A stretch of 64,000 bases of DNA from Octopus sinensis (Eukaryota). A program made the position numbers and the translations under genes. The notes below the pieces were generated by a model. It saw only the letters and a program-made list of their open reading frames with translations, was not told where the DNA came from and did no database searches. Numbering within the stretch: the first letter of the stretch is position 1; the number at the start of each line of letters is the position of its first letter. Shown piece by piece: positions 26,475 to 38,870 of this stretch. The DNA lies in assembly GCF_006345805.1 (NCBI RefSeq), contig NC_043001.1, forward strand, positions 123,876,001-123,940,000, written 5' to 3'.

Positions 26475-26512
26475 AGCAAGCTACTTACCACACAGCCACT
26501 CATGCACCTATG
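26475..26512 (-). mobile_element. 5' head of the split family A SINE
   Basis: AGCAAGCTACTTACCACACAGCCACTCATGCACCTAT matches the family A head (compare 53518-53553). Confidence 0.85.
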
Positions 26513-27267
26513 TGAATAAGTATACATATTTATTTGTTTACACACCCACTCACCCATACATACATGCATATGATTGAGTTTGTGCGTTTTCATATATAAG
26601 GATATGTATAGATATGTATATGTATAGATATGTATATGCATATATACACAGGTATATATAATGTAGGTATTTATATGTATATATTCATATATTATTTCTT
26701 TGTACCTATGTATAAATCATGTTAAATTTTAAATCACGTTAACATATTAAGTAAATTTTTGAGAAAATTAAATTTTATTCAATAACTTACAATTATGAAT
26801 AATTTTATTAAATGATTTCTATGTTATCCTAAATAAACTAGAATATGATAACAAATGTTTATAAATTGCCCATTCTATCTTGTGTATCCTGCACATTAAT
26901 TTTTTCCTCTATCTCTGTCTCCCCTTTCTTTCTCTTTCTATATTTATCTATCTATTATTTTCTTCTCTGTTCTTTTCTTTCTCTAGCTCTCTATACTCAA
27001 AGTAAATTCTATAAGCTGTATATAAATAATTTTTCCAAGTATTTGACAGCATTATATTGAATGTACATTTAAAGATTAGGACTTGCAACATTTTCTACAT
27101 GTTTATATATTTATATATCTATTATGAATTTATCATATTTATAGTATAATTACTATTTATATTTTTATTTATGAAATTTAATTCTCCTATGGTAATACAA
27201 GGCGAGTAGCACAGAGTTAAAATACTAACAAATATTCCATCCATATATATATATATATATTTTCAAA

Positions 27268-27466
27268 TGTGACCTCGTGTGTACCGTTGGCGATTTTTTT
27301 CCTCTGTCTACCTTTCTCTGGATCTTTCCTTCTCCTATGTTTCCGATGAAGAGCTCCGCTCGAAACGTTAAACCCTCCTTCTTTCCTGAGCGTCTAATAA
27401 TACTATATTTGTTCCACGTCCACGCGTTGTTGTGTTTTTTTTGTGCTTTCTTGTTTGGATTAAGCA
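27268..27466 (+). mobile_element. Short interspersed repeat with hammerhead-like core (copy 2 of 3)
   Basis: GTTT-CCGATGA-A-GAGC-TCC-GCTC-GAAA-CGTT-AAAC at 27339-27373. Confidence 0.75.
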
Positions 27467-28325
27467 TATATATATATATATATCACCTACTGTAATTTCG
27501 GAAGGACCGTCGTAGTTAGACTCTCAGTTCGATAATAGCACGAGTCGAGAGTCTAATGCGGATCTTGTATGAGCACGTATGTGTTAAATAAAATGAGATA
27601 ACAAACCAAGGCTGTGTGGAATTTTTAGAACATTTATAAAGAGAATGTTAGTGATACAGCTATTTCTGGGATATTAGGATTATCCCTTTATCAGAGAGGA
27701 TATGAGAGAGTTAAATAGAGGGATATAATAAAGTTCAATGTAAGGGGCTATTTTGGAAAATGCATGCATATAGGAAGTAAAAAGGAAAATATGAGAATAA
27801 AAGTAAAAATAAAAATATATGGAGGGTGTTACAGTTGAAGTTATACCACAAGACCCATTTGAATGAACAGTACTTGTAATAACAAAATATGAACGTCTAT
27901 CGGAATTTACATACTATGGACAAGAAGCATTTCTACCCATTCTACACACCACTTTCCTTGGATGACAGTTTCCGAATGACAGTTCCGAGAGTCAAAGCGA
28001 AAGATCGCCATTCACTAGAAAATTAAAAAAGAAATATTAATATATTGTGCTTAACGAAAGATAAAATATAAACAACTTACATTTTTGAAATTACATTGAG
28101 TTAAAAATATTTCTAAAAGATTAAAATATTGTGAACATCAAAATGTCGACGTTTTTGTTTTTCTTAGATAGCGGGCGTGTATTTGTGTTCATTGACACGC
28201 CATTACATTCCTTATATGTGTGTGTATTCTGTATGTGTGTATGTGTGGTAACGTCACGGAAGCCATGTTTTTTGTCGTCAAGAAATAACAAAGAAAAATT
28301 ATGTTTAATCATTTTTATTAATAAA

Positions 28326-29270
28326 CTAGCTTAAGGTGACCCGCTCTACGCGCGGGTAAAAGTGTGGTTGTTACTTTCTGTTGCTTCCTTTCTACTTTTT
28401 ATCACCACATTCTCCCTCTTTGTTTCTCTCTCCTTTCTTTCTCACTTTCCCAGTCTCTTACTCTTCATTTCTCTCGGACTCTCCCTCACTTTCTCTTACT
28501 CTCTATCTTTCTCTATCTATATCTCTCCCATTTATAAACAACAAAAGATATTGAGTAAGTTGAGAAAGGAAATATTTTGAAAGATCAATCATAAATATCA
28601 GGCAGTGACGACGGAAAGGTAAGCTTCAAGGCAGACAGCAAAACACTAACATTTAAAAGGGACAGACGAACTTGCGAGCTGAATAAAAATTTTTTTTAAA
28701 TATTGGAAACCAAAGTTTGAAGGGATAGAATCTGAGGATCTGAGGATAGTAGAGTCACCATGGCTGGCATTTCTTAACGACGGAGAGCAACGTAGTGGCA
28801 GATTAATGGCTGGCGTAAAATTTTGAACTTGATGTAAAAGAAAATTCCTAAACACCAAGTTTTGAAGTGATTCTTTCTCAGGACAGTAGATTCACCATGG
28901 CAAGCATTCAAAACTTCTTCATGATGGACGGCAACACATTGAAGATTTAAAGGCTGGCGAAAATTTTTTATCTTGATATAACAGAGAATTCCTAAACACA
29001 AGCTCCTTTAAATTTTAATCCTCTTCCAGCCCCATTTGGACCCCTTTTCACATTTTGGTTAATATAATCCGATTTCTTTCGGGTCTAATCAGGTCACATT
29101 TTATAAGATGAGGAATTTTGTCCTAGAGGTCACGCCTTTCATTTGAGGAAAAAAATAGTTGCCATGCAAACTCACCAGCACTTTTAACATAGGTGTGCAT
29201 ATTTTCAGCTGAACCGAACACATAATGCACACATTATATATTTATATATATATGTGCATATATATATGTA
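28326..29270 (-). mobile_element. Non-autonomous Helitron-like element (3' end clear, 5' end uncertain)
   Basis: Minus strand ACCCGC-GCGTAGA-GCGGGT hairpin (28339-28357), 9 nt, then CTAG|T; internal CT-rich tract and two ~137-bp repeats (28744-28880, 28881-29003). Confidence 0.65.
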
Positions 29271-29284
29271 CATATATATATGCA

Positions 29285-29410
29285 CATGTGACCTCGTGTG
29301 TACCGTTGGCGATTTCTTTTCCTCTGTCTTCCCTTCTCTGGATCTTTCCTTCTCCTATGTTTCCGACGAAGAGCTCCGCTCGAAACGTTAAATTCTCCTT
29401 CTATCCTTAT
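29285..29410 (+). mobile_element. Short interspersed repeat with hammerhead-like core (copy 3 of 3, truncated)
   Basis: GTTT-CCGACGA-A-GAGCTCCGCTC-GAAACGTT-AAAT at 29359-29393. Confidence 0.75.
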
Positions 29411-29542
29411 ATGCGCATTATATATATATGTGTGTGTGTACCCATTATATATACAAATAATATATATATATATAAATACAGATATATACACTTTGTATAT
29501 ATACATTATATATACATATTTATATATAGAACACACACACGC

Positions 29543-29573
<31 letters not shown>

Positions 29574-32284
29574 AATTAACCCAATAAATATCTGATTCAT
29601 AATATTTGTTCTCATGTTTGAGTGGTGGTGGAGGCGATAATAATTCTCTCTATGAATGCAGACAGACGTAGAAAGAGAGAGGTGATATGGAAGAAAGAGT
29701 GAAGGCGGAGGGGGAAAGATAGTAGACGTTGTCAAAGGACGTTATAAAGAGAATGTGAAAGGAAGGGAGGAAAGAGAGAGACACGGAGAAAGACATGCAG
29801 ATAAGAGAATGAGCGTAGACTTGTCAAAGTGTGCGTTTTATACCCTAGTAATGACACCTTTTAAGATAGGGATTTCTAAATTAGCTCAATCACATCCTCA
29901 CCTCATTATAAATAACCTTGCCCGCACTTGTGCCTCGGAGGCGACCTTCCTAGGTGCAATCCCATGGTCATGTATGACAGAAGGCGGTCTTTATACTTTA
30001 CTCCACACATCCTACCTAATCTTCCTGATCCATGTCTGCAGATATATCCATGTCTGCTTTTCAGATATGACACGCATTGAACTCAAATCTGTGTATGTGT
30101 GTATGTTTGTATGTGTGTGTGTATGTGTGTGTGTGTGAGAGAGAGAGAGAGAAAGAGAGTGTGTGTGTATTTGTATGTGTCGGTGTATGTGTATGAGTAA
30201 ATGCATGTGTAGAATATGGTACTCTTGTAAATAAAGTATAGAACTGTCTCTTGTGTGAATGAAGACGGTTTGAAATTCTCTAGTGTCGCTCGACCCCACA
30301 AAGTCTGTGTCCTTTTTAAGGTTATCTTTACATATCTTTCATCGAATTTATACCCAGCATCGATTTTACTACGATGTTTCGTATTAGATTAGGCGTCTCT
30401 GATTCGAAACGTCGTAACAAAATCTGTGCTGGCTATAATTGCCAAAGAAGATCTGTTGAGAGAACCTGAATAAGTGATGCAAAGTGCACTGCTAACACAG
30501 TAGAATACAGTATTATAAAAACATTTAATATACTTATAAAAACGTTTAATATGCTCTGTAGTACATTATAGTTGCATAAAGAAATATAGTCTCCCTACAG
30601 ATCCTTAATACTGTTTCCTATTCTACGTTCCCCTTTGACATGATTTCAAGAACGGTCACGCTATGTTGTGTCGCTCTTTCGGCTAGAAATAGCTATTTTA
30701 CCTCAAATCAGTCAATAGCATTTTTTTTTTAAAAAGGACAAGTTGTAAAATATCGTTCAGGGTTTTCTGTTCATAGAGAAGTTAAAGGATGATTGTTGCT
30801 AGAGTGCCTTTGATAATGGTTAAATAGATTTTAGTTGCTGGATTTGGGTTGCTTTCGGGACAAGTAAGAAAACATCTATCAACAACTGCAAAAATATCTA
30901 CATGTCATCAAACGCGAGAATTGTATTCCTGATGTTCCAGCTGTGACCATCCATTCTTATTCATATATATCTATATTACACAATGTGTCTTTCTTCTCTT
31001 AATACGAAAGTTTAGGAATTCAGGGAGATCTGACTACTATTTCTGCAATAAAGGCAGCCTCGTTGATTCATTTCTGATCTGGTTGTTATATCTGTAATTT
31101 TGAACTGAACTCTGAAAGTTTATTGCTGTATTTCAGCCCCAGATCAGCTTTAAACTAGCAGACCTATTGTCAAAGGTATTCTTCTTGTGACTGTTACGTA
31201 CCTTTTGTATATTTGAGATTAAACTGCAAACTTCTAATCGCTGTTTTATTAAAAAGAATTGTTGCTAGTGATTCAGACAGATTTGGCTACTACCCCTACC
31301 TGGTCGACGGAAATGTTATCTCCTTTTATGGGAGGTAACTCGAGGCAGTAGCCGGTCAATGTATTTGTTAATCATCAAAATTCTATGAATGTAAATCTGT
31401 CTCCAGTCAATATATTCCTTAAGTTGAAGCTTATCTTGATCTGCAAAACATTTAGCCCACTGAAATACATGACTTCTGCGTGGCATAGTTTATTCTCTTT
31501 ATTTGTAGGTATGTATCTTCGATTTGGGAATCGAAGACAGATATCTAACGATCATAAATACTCTCCAACAAACCACTCATTATGCTACGCGAATTGTCAT
31601 TGACAGCACACAAATCTATTGTTCTTTATTCCGTAATTAGATGATGTTCATTTGACCGACAGTAATCGTAGGAGTAACAATTTTAAAATGCAGTACATAA
31701 AGCAAAGAGACAAAAATAATTAACAGCCAGGTATGTGAATTAATACGGCTGTGATCGCCAATGGACAGAAAGCAGTTTCTCTGTCTAGGAAACAGTTGCC
31801 TTGGTAACTATGCTTCTACTGATATAAGCGATCGATTCAACAATATTTCAAAATCATAGCGACTTGGTATTTCTATGACTACGTAAACAAGACAGTGCAA
31901 CATTATGTAGTCCGTATAATGTTCTGACCTATTCTATACACATGAGGTAAGCACACGTATGTGTATGTGTTGGTGCATGTGTTTCTGCGAGCTTGCATGA
32001 GTATGTGTGTATGTGTGTGTGTGTGTGTGTGTGCCAATAGATGTAGGTATACGTCTGTGCATATATACATATATGCATACATACAAAGATACATACATAC
32101 AAACACACGCATATGCAAACATACATACATACATACATGCAGAAGAAAATATATACACTTAAGTGGATGTGCTTACATGTATTAATCTATGTGTGTCTTT
32201 TGTCTTTCTGTCTGTCATTTGTCTGTCTGTCTGTGTGTAAATATATATATATATATATATATGTATGTATTCATATATATATAT

Positions 32285-32550
32285 ATCACGTGATCACGTG
32301 ACCGACCAGACCATCAGATGCACTTCGCATTGTTTTAGCCTTCGAATGACGTCACCCCGCTGGTTAGACGAGCAGGGCAACAGAAGAAAGAGTGAAGGAA
32401 AGAGTGGTGAAAGAGTACAGCAGGGATCACCACCCGCTGCCGGAGCCTCGTGGAACTTTAAGGTGCTTTCGCTCAATAAACACTCACAACGCCCGGTCTG
32501 GGAATCGAAACCGCGAGTCCGCTGCCCTAACCAGTGGGCCATTGCACCTC

Positions 32551-32553
<3 letters not shown>
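32285..32553 (-). mobile_element. SINE family C head with an alternative tail (C')
   Basis: Head matches the 12751-13132 element; ends in GGTCGGTCACGTGATCACGTGA. Confidence 0.88.
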
Positions 32554-32609
<56 letters not shown>

Positions 32610-32815
32610 CCAATAGATGTAGGTATACGTCTGTGCATATATACATATATGCATACATACAAAGATACATACATACAAACACACGCATATGCAAACATAC
32701 ATACATACATACATGCAGAAGAAAATATATACACTTAAGTGGATGTGCTTACATGTATTAATCTATGTGTGTCTTTTGTCTTTCTGTCTGTCATTTGTCT
32801 GTCTGTCTGTGTGTA

Positions 32816-32848
<33 letters not shown>

Positions 32849-32862
32849 TCATATATATATAT

Positions 32863-33128
32863 ATCACGTGATCACGTGACCGACCAGACCATCAGATGCA
32901 CTTCGCATTGTTTTAGCCTTCGAATGACGTCACCCCGCTGGTTAGACGAGCAGGGCAACAGAAGAAAGAGTGAAGGAAAGAGTGGTGAAAGAGTACAGCA
33001 GGGATCACCACCCGCTGCCGGAGCCTCGTGGAACTTTAAGGTGCTTTCGCTCAATAAACACTCACAACGCCCGGTCTGGGAATCGAAACCGCGAGTCCGC
33101 TGCCCTAACCAGTGGGCCATTGCACCTC

Positions 33129-33131
<3 letters not shown>
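32863..33131 (-). mobile_element. SINE C' (duplicated copy)
   Basis: No differences seen from 32285-32553. Confidence 0.88.
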
Positions 33132-33201
<70 letters not shown>

Positions 33202-33239
33202 TCAACAATTCCTATTCATAAAGCAAAGGCAACCTTGAT

Positions 33240-33440
33240 TTACTGAATGCATTTGGGGTTCAAGCCATGTCATGGTCAGCAAGAAGTCCCGACCTTAATC
33301 TTATAGAGAATGCCTGTGGGTATCACACAAATGTTGTGTTCAGTGAAAGTAAGGAGTATTCATCTGTTGATGAAATTCAAGTGGCAATAAAGGAGGCCTG
33401 GGAAGAGCTTCTGCTTGATCAGTTGCATAAGTTGATATGC
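33240..33440 (+). mobile_element. Tc1-family transposase C-terminal fragment
   Basis: MSWSARSPDLNLIEN...YSSVDEIQVAIKEAWEE, the SPDLNxIE signature. Confidence 0.8.
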
Positions 33441-34061
33441 ATGCATGCATGTATGTATGTATGTATGCATATGCGTGTGTATGTATGTATGTTTGTATGT
33501 ATGCATATATTTATGTATGTATAAGAAGCATAAAATGGAGAAACTGACATATAGACACCAAGTTATTAGAACGTAATACAATTCTGAACAATATCTAGCT
33601 CAATTTCATCTACAGCCGTTTCCATGTCCAAGTGAATCAATTTGAGAAATTAAATTGAAGTAAATTAAATTAAATATCGTTAATTGGTTATTTCATCAGG
33701 GGAAGAATTTAATGGAATAGAATTACATTCCGATGTGTTTTTTGATCCTTGATAGACTCAATATGTACGTTTCAGCAACCAATGTATTTAAAAATCCACT
33801 ACTAATGTATATGTAAATAGAAACTAGTTTAATGCTTTTGCGCGCGTGCGGCTTAATGTGTTGTAAAAAACAAAAACAAAATATCCGTTAGTTAGCTTAA
33901 ACGATATTTCGATACGATTACTTTAAACTAGAAGCTAAAATACATTATTATCAATTATACTATCACTTATGATAGACCAAAATGTCGTTAACGTATTTAA
34001 TCGCTTAAAAGATTTAATTATAAGTCACCCAGTTGCGATCTAGATATTATAGTTAATTAGT

Positions 34062-34387
34062 GAGGGCGCGTGGCTTAGTGGTTAGGGCATTCGGCTCATG
34101 ATCGTAAGGTTGTGAGTTCGATTCCCGGCGACGCGTTGTGTCCTTGAGCAAGACACTTTATTTCACGTTGCTCCAGTCCACTCAGCTGGCAAAAGTGAGT
34201 TGTACTTGTATTTCAAAGGGTCAGCCTTGTCACTCTCTGTGTCACGCTGATTATCCCCGAGAACTACGTTAAGGGTACACGTGTCTGTGGAATGCTCAGC
34301 CATTTGCACGTTAATTTCACGAGCAAGCTGTTCCGTTGATCGTATCAGCTGGGACCCTCGTCGTCGTAACCGGCGGAGTCTTATTTA
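34062..34387 (+). mobile_element. tRNA-derived SINE family D, full length
   Basis: A box TGGCTTAGTGG, B box GAGTTCGATTCCC, central GTGTCCTTGAGCAAGACACTT, tail shared with family C; possible TSD AGTTAATTA at 34051-34059 and 34388-34396. Confidence 0.9.
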
Positions 34388-34393
34388 AGTTAA

Positions 34394-34460
34394 TTATCAT
34401 TATATTATATTATTATTATTATTATTTTATTATTATTATTATTATATTATATTATTATTA

Positions 34461-34539
<79 letters not shown>

Positions 34540-34553
34540 CATTATTATTATTG
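34394..34553. repeat. Imperfect (ATT)n microsatellite
   Basis: About 160 bp of interrupted ATT directly after the SINE. Confidence 0.95.
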
Positions 34554-35079
34554 TTAATTTTTATTTTAAGATCATAGTTACGTATATGTAATATTAACAT
34601 TATCTATTTGTGCGCGTGGGTGTTAATGCGTTGGAAGCTACTAGACTATAACGAATCATAACTGCTTACTAATGACCAGAATTGAATATTACGACATCAG
34701 TACTTGTACACAATGTATTTACATATAATGTGGACAGATATACACAACCCTGACAGAGGAAAGCGCTAACGTTAACAAATGAAAATTAGTTAAATTAATA
34801 AATTAATAAAAATGAAATCATTATTGAATCAATACGCAGCATCTTTAACTTAAGATTACCAATTATTTTTTTAAATATATTAATCAGATTCTTAAGATAC
34901 GTATTTAGGTTAAAATACCATTAATCTTTATATAATACAGTTAACTGTAAATAAAGCCATATATTAATACTTAATTTATATTTTACGATTATGATATCTA
35001 ATAAGAATTATCTAATATTTAGTTACATTTGTTAGTATATTAATCCTGAGACACCGCTTAAATATATAGTCCTGCTAAC

Positions 35080-36690
35080 TTTAACATTGTATTGGATGGT
35101 AGGCTTTGAAAACAGGTTTATAGACGCGAACACCTTTGCTCTTTGAGTTAAGGAGTCTACATTTCAAATTTAAGATTTGGTATAATTCTTCAATGCAAAG
35201 AAAGCAAAAGGTATTGCCAATTTTATAGGCATTGGGCATGCTTACTTACTCCCATTCCACAGTAATCATTTTTTCTTGTCCTTTACATCCCAAATAAACT
35301 TACTGAGACTAGCCTAAGACGAAGTATTATAATTATTATTAAATGTATAATTGGGACTAGCGGTGTGCTTTCATATAGTTTTTCGTAGCACCGATGTAAA
35401 AGAAATTCTTAACTCCAGAATTCACTTTACGTCTATACACTACGCTGTTTTGATAACAACAACTATTAAACAAACATTTATTTCTATCTTTGCAATCACA
35501 ATATATATTTTCCTTTTTATTCATATTACTATTAGGATTCATATGATTTTATTCAGTATAAGTATTATTTACATCATTACTTCTATTCTTCAGGTTAAGA
35601 TGGGATTTAAAGGGGGTTTAAGAGAATTATTTTTACATTTTTCAGTAACATTATTTCTTAGATTATAATCGTTGCATTTAGTCGGATAATTATTGTTAAA
35701 AAAATTGATAATTTCCTCTCCATACAGGAAGAAAAATCTGGAACATATTCTTAGAAACAAAAAAAAAAACACTCGGAAAAAAAACTGGCGTTAATTACAT
35801 CATAATATCTATTTTCTTTGATAAAATACTTAGAAAAAGTTTGTATAAAGATCAAACTAGATTGCTCGTAATTTGTTAAGCGAATGGAACAATGAGCTAA
35901 ATAAAATTATTCTTATCAGAAATTACATTATAATTCTCAAAATTTTTAATTCTATTTTTATACAGAGTGGAGTGTGTCTTTTAATTCCATTATTCCTATT
36001 ACTAATTTCATGAGCATTATCCGATGTACGATGCAATAAATTGGTTTTCATATTTTATCTATATGGCGTTTATTTTTAATTACTTCGTTTTTGTCCTTAC
36101 TTCTATTACTATAGGTTTCTTAAAAATTATAGCTATCGTGAGTGACTTCCATGTTATTATAGCCACTACTGTCATCATTTTGTGCACAATACTTTAAATT
36201 CTGGTTATAGGCAGCTTTGTTGAGGGCCATATTATAATAGGCAATATTTTTGCTAAAAATATTGCAGTTGGATGATGAATTAGACATTCTTATAGATATA
36301 TTGTAAACGAAGAATTTATTTTTACAGAACAAGGATAATTATTTCCAATATTGATATATTTAACATTGGAGTTAAATATATCAATCGTAATGAAGTTTAG
36401 GTTAACATCTAGGACGTTAACCGACTTATGTTCATTTTCAATTGTTATGAAGAGCCCTTGTTTTTTTAAACCCGGTAAAAAGGGCATTGATCCGATATAA
36501 ACCTCTCGCAAGCTCAGGAAAATCCATTCCTAAAATATAGGAAATATAAATATCTACTAAATCAGTAACTTGATCAGAATCTGAGGAACCCATAGCAATA
36601 TCAAAACCGTCACAACTATTTTCCTTAATCCAATGCCTATTTTCAAACTCTATAACCATTCTTCTGGTAACTAAATAACGTTAATTTCTT
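35080..36690 (-). pseudogene. Decayed Penelope-like element (RT and GIY-YIG)
   Basis: WIKENSCDGFDIAMGS..GLYR, GLFITIE..VNVLDVNLN, CDCKDRNKCLFNSCCYQNSVVY..FYIGAT and LSKFIWDVK..FCFLC..LLNSK, in order across frameshifts. Confidence 0.85.
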
Positions 36691-36699
36691 CCATGTTTA

Positions 36700-38405
36700 G
36701 ATTGTAGTTATGATAGTAGTAGGACGTTACTATTATCATACCATTACTCCACTCGAGATACAGAAAATGCCGACAAAAACAGACACAATCACTACCATAA
36801 ATGAAGGAATACTGAAAGAACTCAACAAAATCAACACAAATCTGTTAACGTTTTTGAACAAATTCAACTCGACACATGAACCCAATCGAGAAAACAATGA
36901 GATAGACGATGCGAAAAATACAACCTCCGAAATCGTCGAAAACCTTGGAAACTTATGCAAAACAGAACACTCTTCTCTGACAACGCGAACCAAGGACCTC
37001 CAAACGAGACAGCATATGGGATCAATACTCTGACAGCATACCAAAGGAAATACCACATAGTACCACAATGGAACAAATCACTCAGAGATAGAAAGTGCGC
37101 CTTTTGGAAGATGATCCAAAACAACAAAGCGGATGTATACGAAAAATGGCTCAATCGGAAACCGTTAATTCTCCAGATCAAACCCATTACAGATGAACCG
37201 CAAACACGAAGAGGCCTTAGAGAAAGAATGGCACTGGAAAAAATGAAAATGGAAATAGAACTTTCAAAATTGAGGATCCAGACAAATGAAGGTAAAGTAA
37301 AATCTATCGATGAAGAGACCGACCAAGAAATTAGAAAAATGACCTAAGAGAAGATCTACAAAGTATGCAAAGAGGATTGAGATAAATAAGAACTGAAATG
37401 TCTCCAGCGCTGGGAGAAAAGCGCCTCTTGGTTCTCAAACTATGAAACCACCCTTCAAACCGAGCACTCTTCCAACAACCCTTTCCTGAAAATTTCAAAA
37501 TCAAAACAACACTCAAACACTGCTTCATACCTATCTAAAAAACGGCCCATCACCCCTACCAAAAAATAATTCAGGACCTCACCCTAACTTTGTAAGCCAC
37601 CAGCGATACAATAACGAGAGTATCTCAAATTCAAATAGAGAAAAGAAAAATCACTACCCGCCTGATAGACATTGCAAACTCCTCGCCACCATAAGGAGTT
37701 ACCAACGAAATTTTCGTTCCAACAATCTCCTAAACAACCATGCACAACAAACCCGTACTACACGCAATAATTACCAACGACGGCTCCCTAAAATACCACA
37801 TTCGAACATGAGATATCGGGACAAACCTTTCAATACCGTTCTGAGAACCCACACCATAAATCACAACACAGCACCCCGCAACAATAAGGAACAACTACAT
37901 AACGTCTACTGTCCCAACCACCGCAATAATTTTTTAGATACAATACGCAAACACGAGACAATACGGGACACAAGATAACACCAAACAGACAAGAGGAACC
38001 CAAAATGAAAAAAAAATATCAATCTACCTCAAAGAAATAAGAGCAAACCAAATCAATATACTCTCCAAAGGGATCAAGTTTACACCCACTCCACAACGCC
38101 CCAACTACAACGAAATGAAACAAGACATTGCGGAATTTTGTAGAAAATTACAACTTGCTGAGGATATATACGACAAATACGACGAGGACGAACGTTGGTC
38201 CGAAATAGAAGTAACGACACCACCCTCAAAAGGTAAGAACGAAACTCTTGATCATTTCTGTGAACACATCTCGAATTACCCAAACACCATATGAACAAAC
38301 AAAAACACAAACGAAACTTCAGCAAAAAAGAATGGGTTGAGCTGAACAAATTAAAAAGGACAAAACAATAACAATCAAAGAGGCTGATCAAGGGAGTGCA
38401 ATGAA
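36700..38405 (+). pseudogene. Penelope-like element, 5' portion (long N-terminal region, truncated at the start of RT)
   Basis: ORF pieces from MPTKTD; near 38050-38400 ILSKGIKFTPTP..MKQDIAEFCRKLQL and TIKEADQGSA, matching the PLE pre-RT LSKGLKF and IKxADKG motifs. Confidence 0.7.
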
Positions 38406-38620
38406 ACATCCATCCAGGTATCTCTTCCAGTTATTTTCTATGTAGAGGGAGAATGGCCTGCCGTATTTTTGTAGAACCTTACGATAAAGCCTAATCTCAT
38501 GACTAGGTTAGTTGAAAAAGTCTCCATGACCGGAACCGGCACTAAAAGGATTTTTTATAAGATTATTGTAGAGTTTTCTACCTTAATGTTCTTTCTTATA
38601 TATACACACATATACATACC

Positions 38621-38660
<40 letters not shown>

Positions 38661-38787
38661 TATAGATATATATATACCGACATATACATATGTAGTTCTT
38701 AAAGAGGACAACAAACAGTAATCCGTTACCGCACTTACCTAGCTTACCTAGTCTTCCAGATGACCTATGAACTAAATCCACATATCT

Positions 38788-38869
<82 letters not shown>

Positions 38870-38870
<1 letters not shown>

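Larger units (their letters stand above)
32010..33200. repeat. ~577-bp head-to-tail duplication
   Basis: GCCAATAGATG at 32033 and 32609; no differences seen except microsatellite lengths. Confidence 0.95.

Noticed and set aside
30369-30417. 13-bp imperfect inverted repeat ending in CGAAACGTC
   Set aside because: No CTGANGA core; at most a PLE-type relic.
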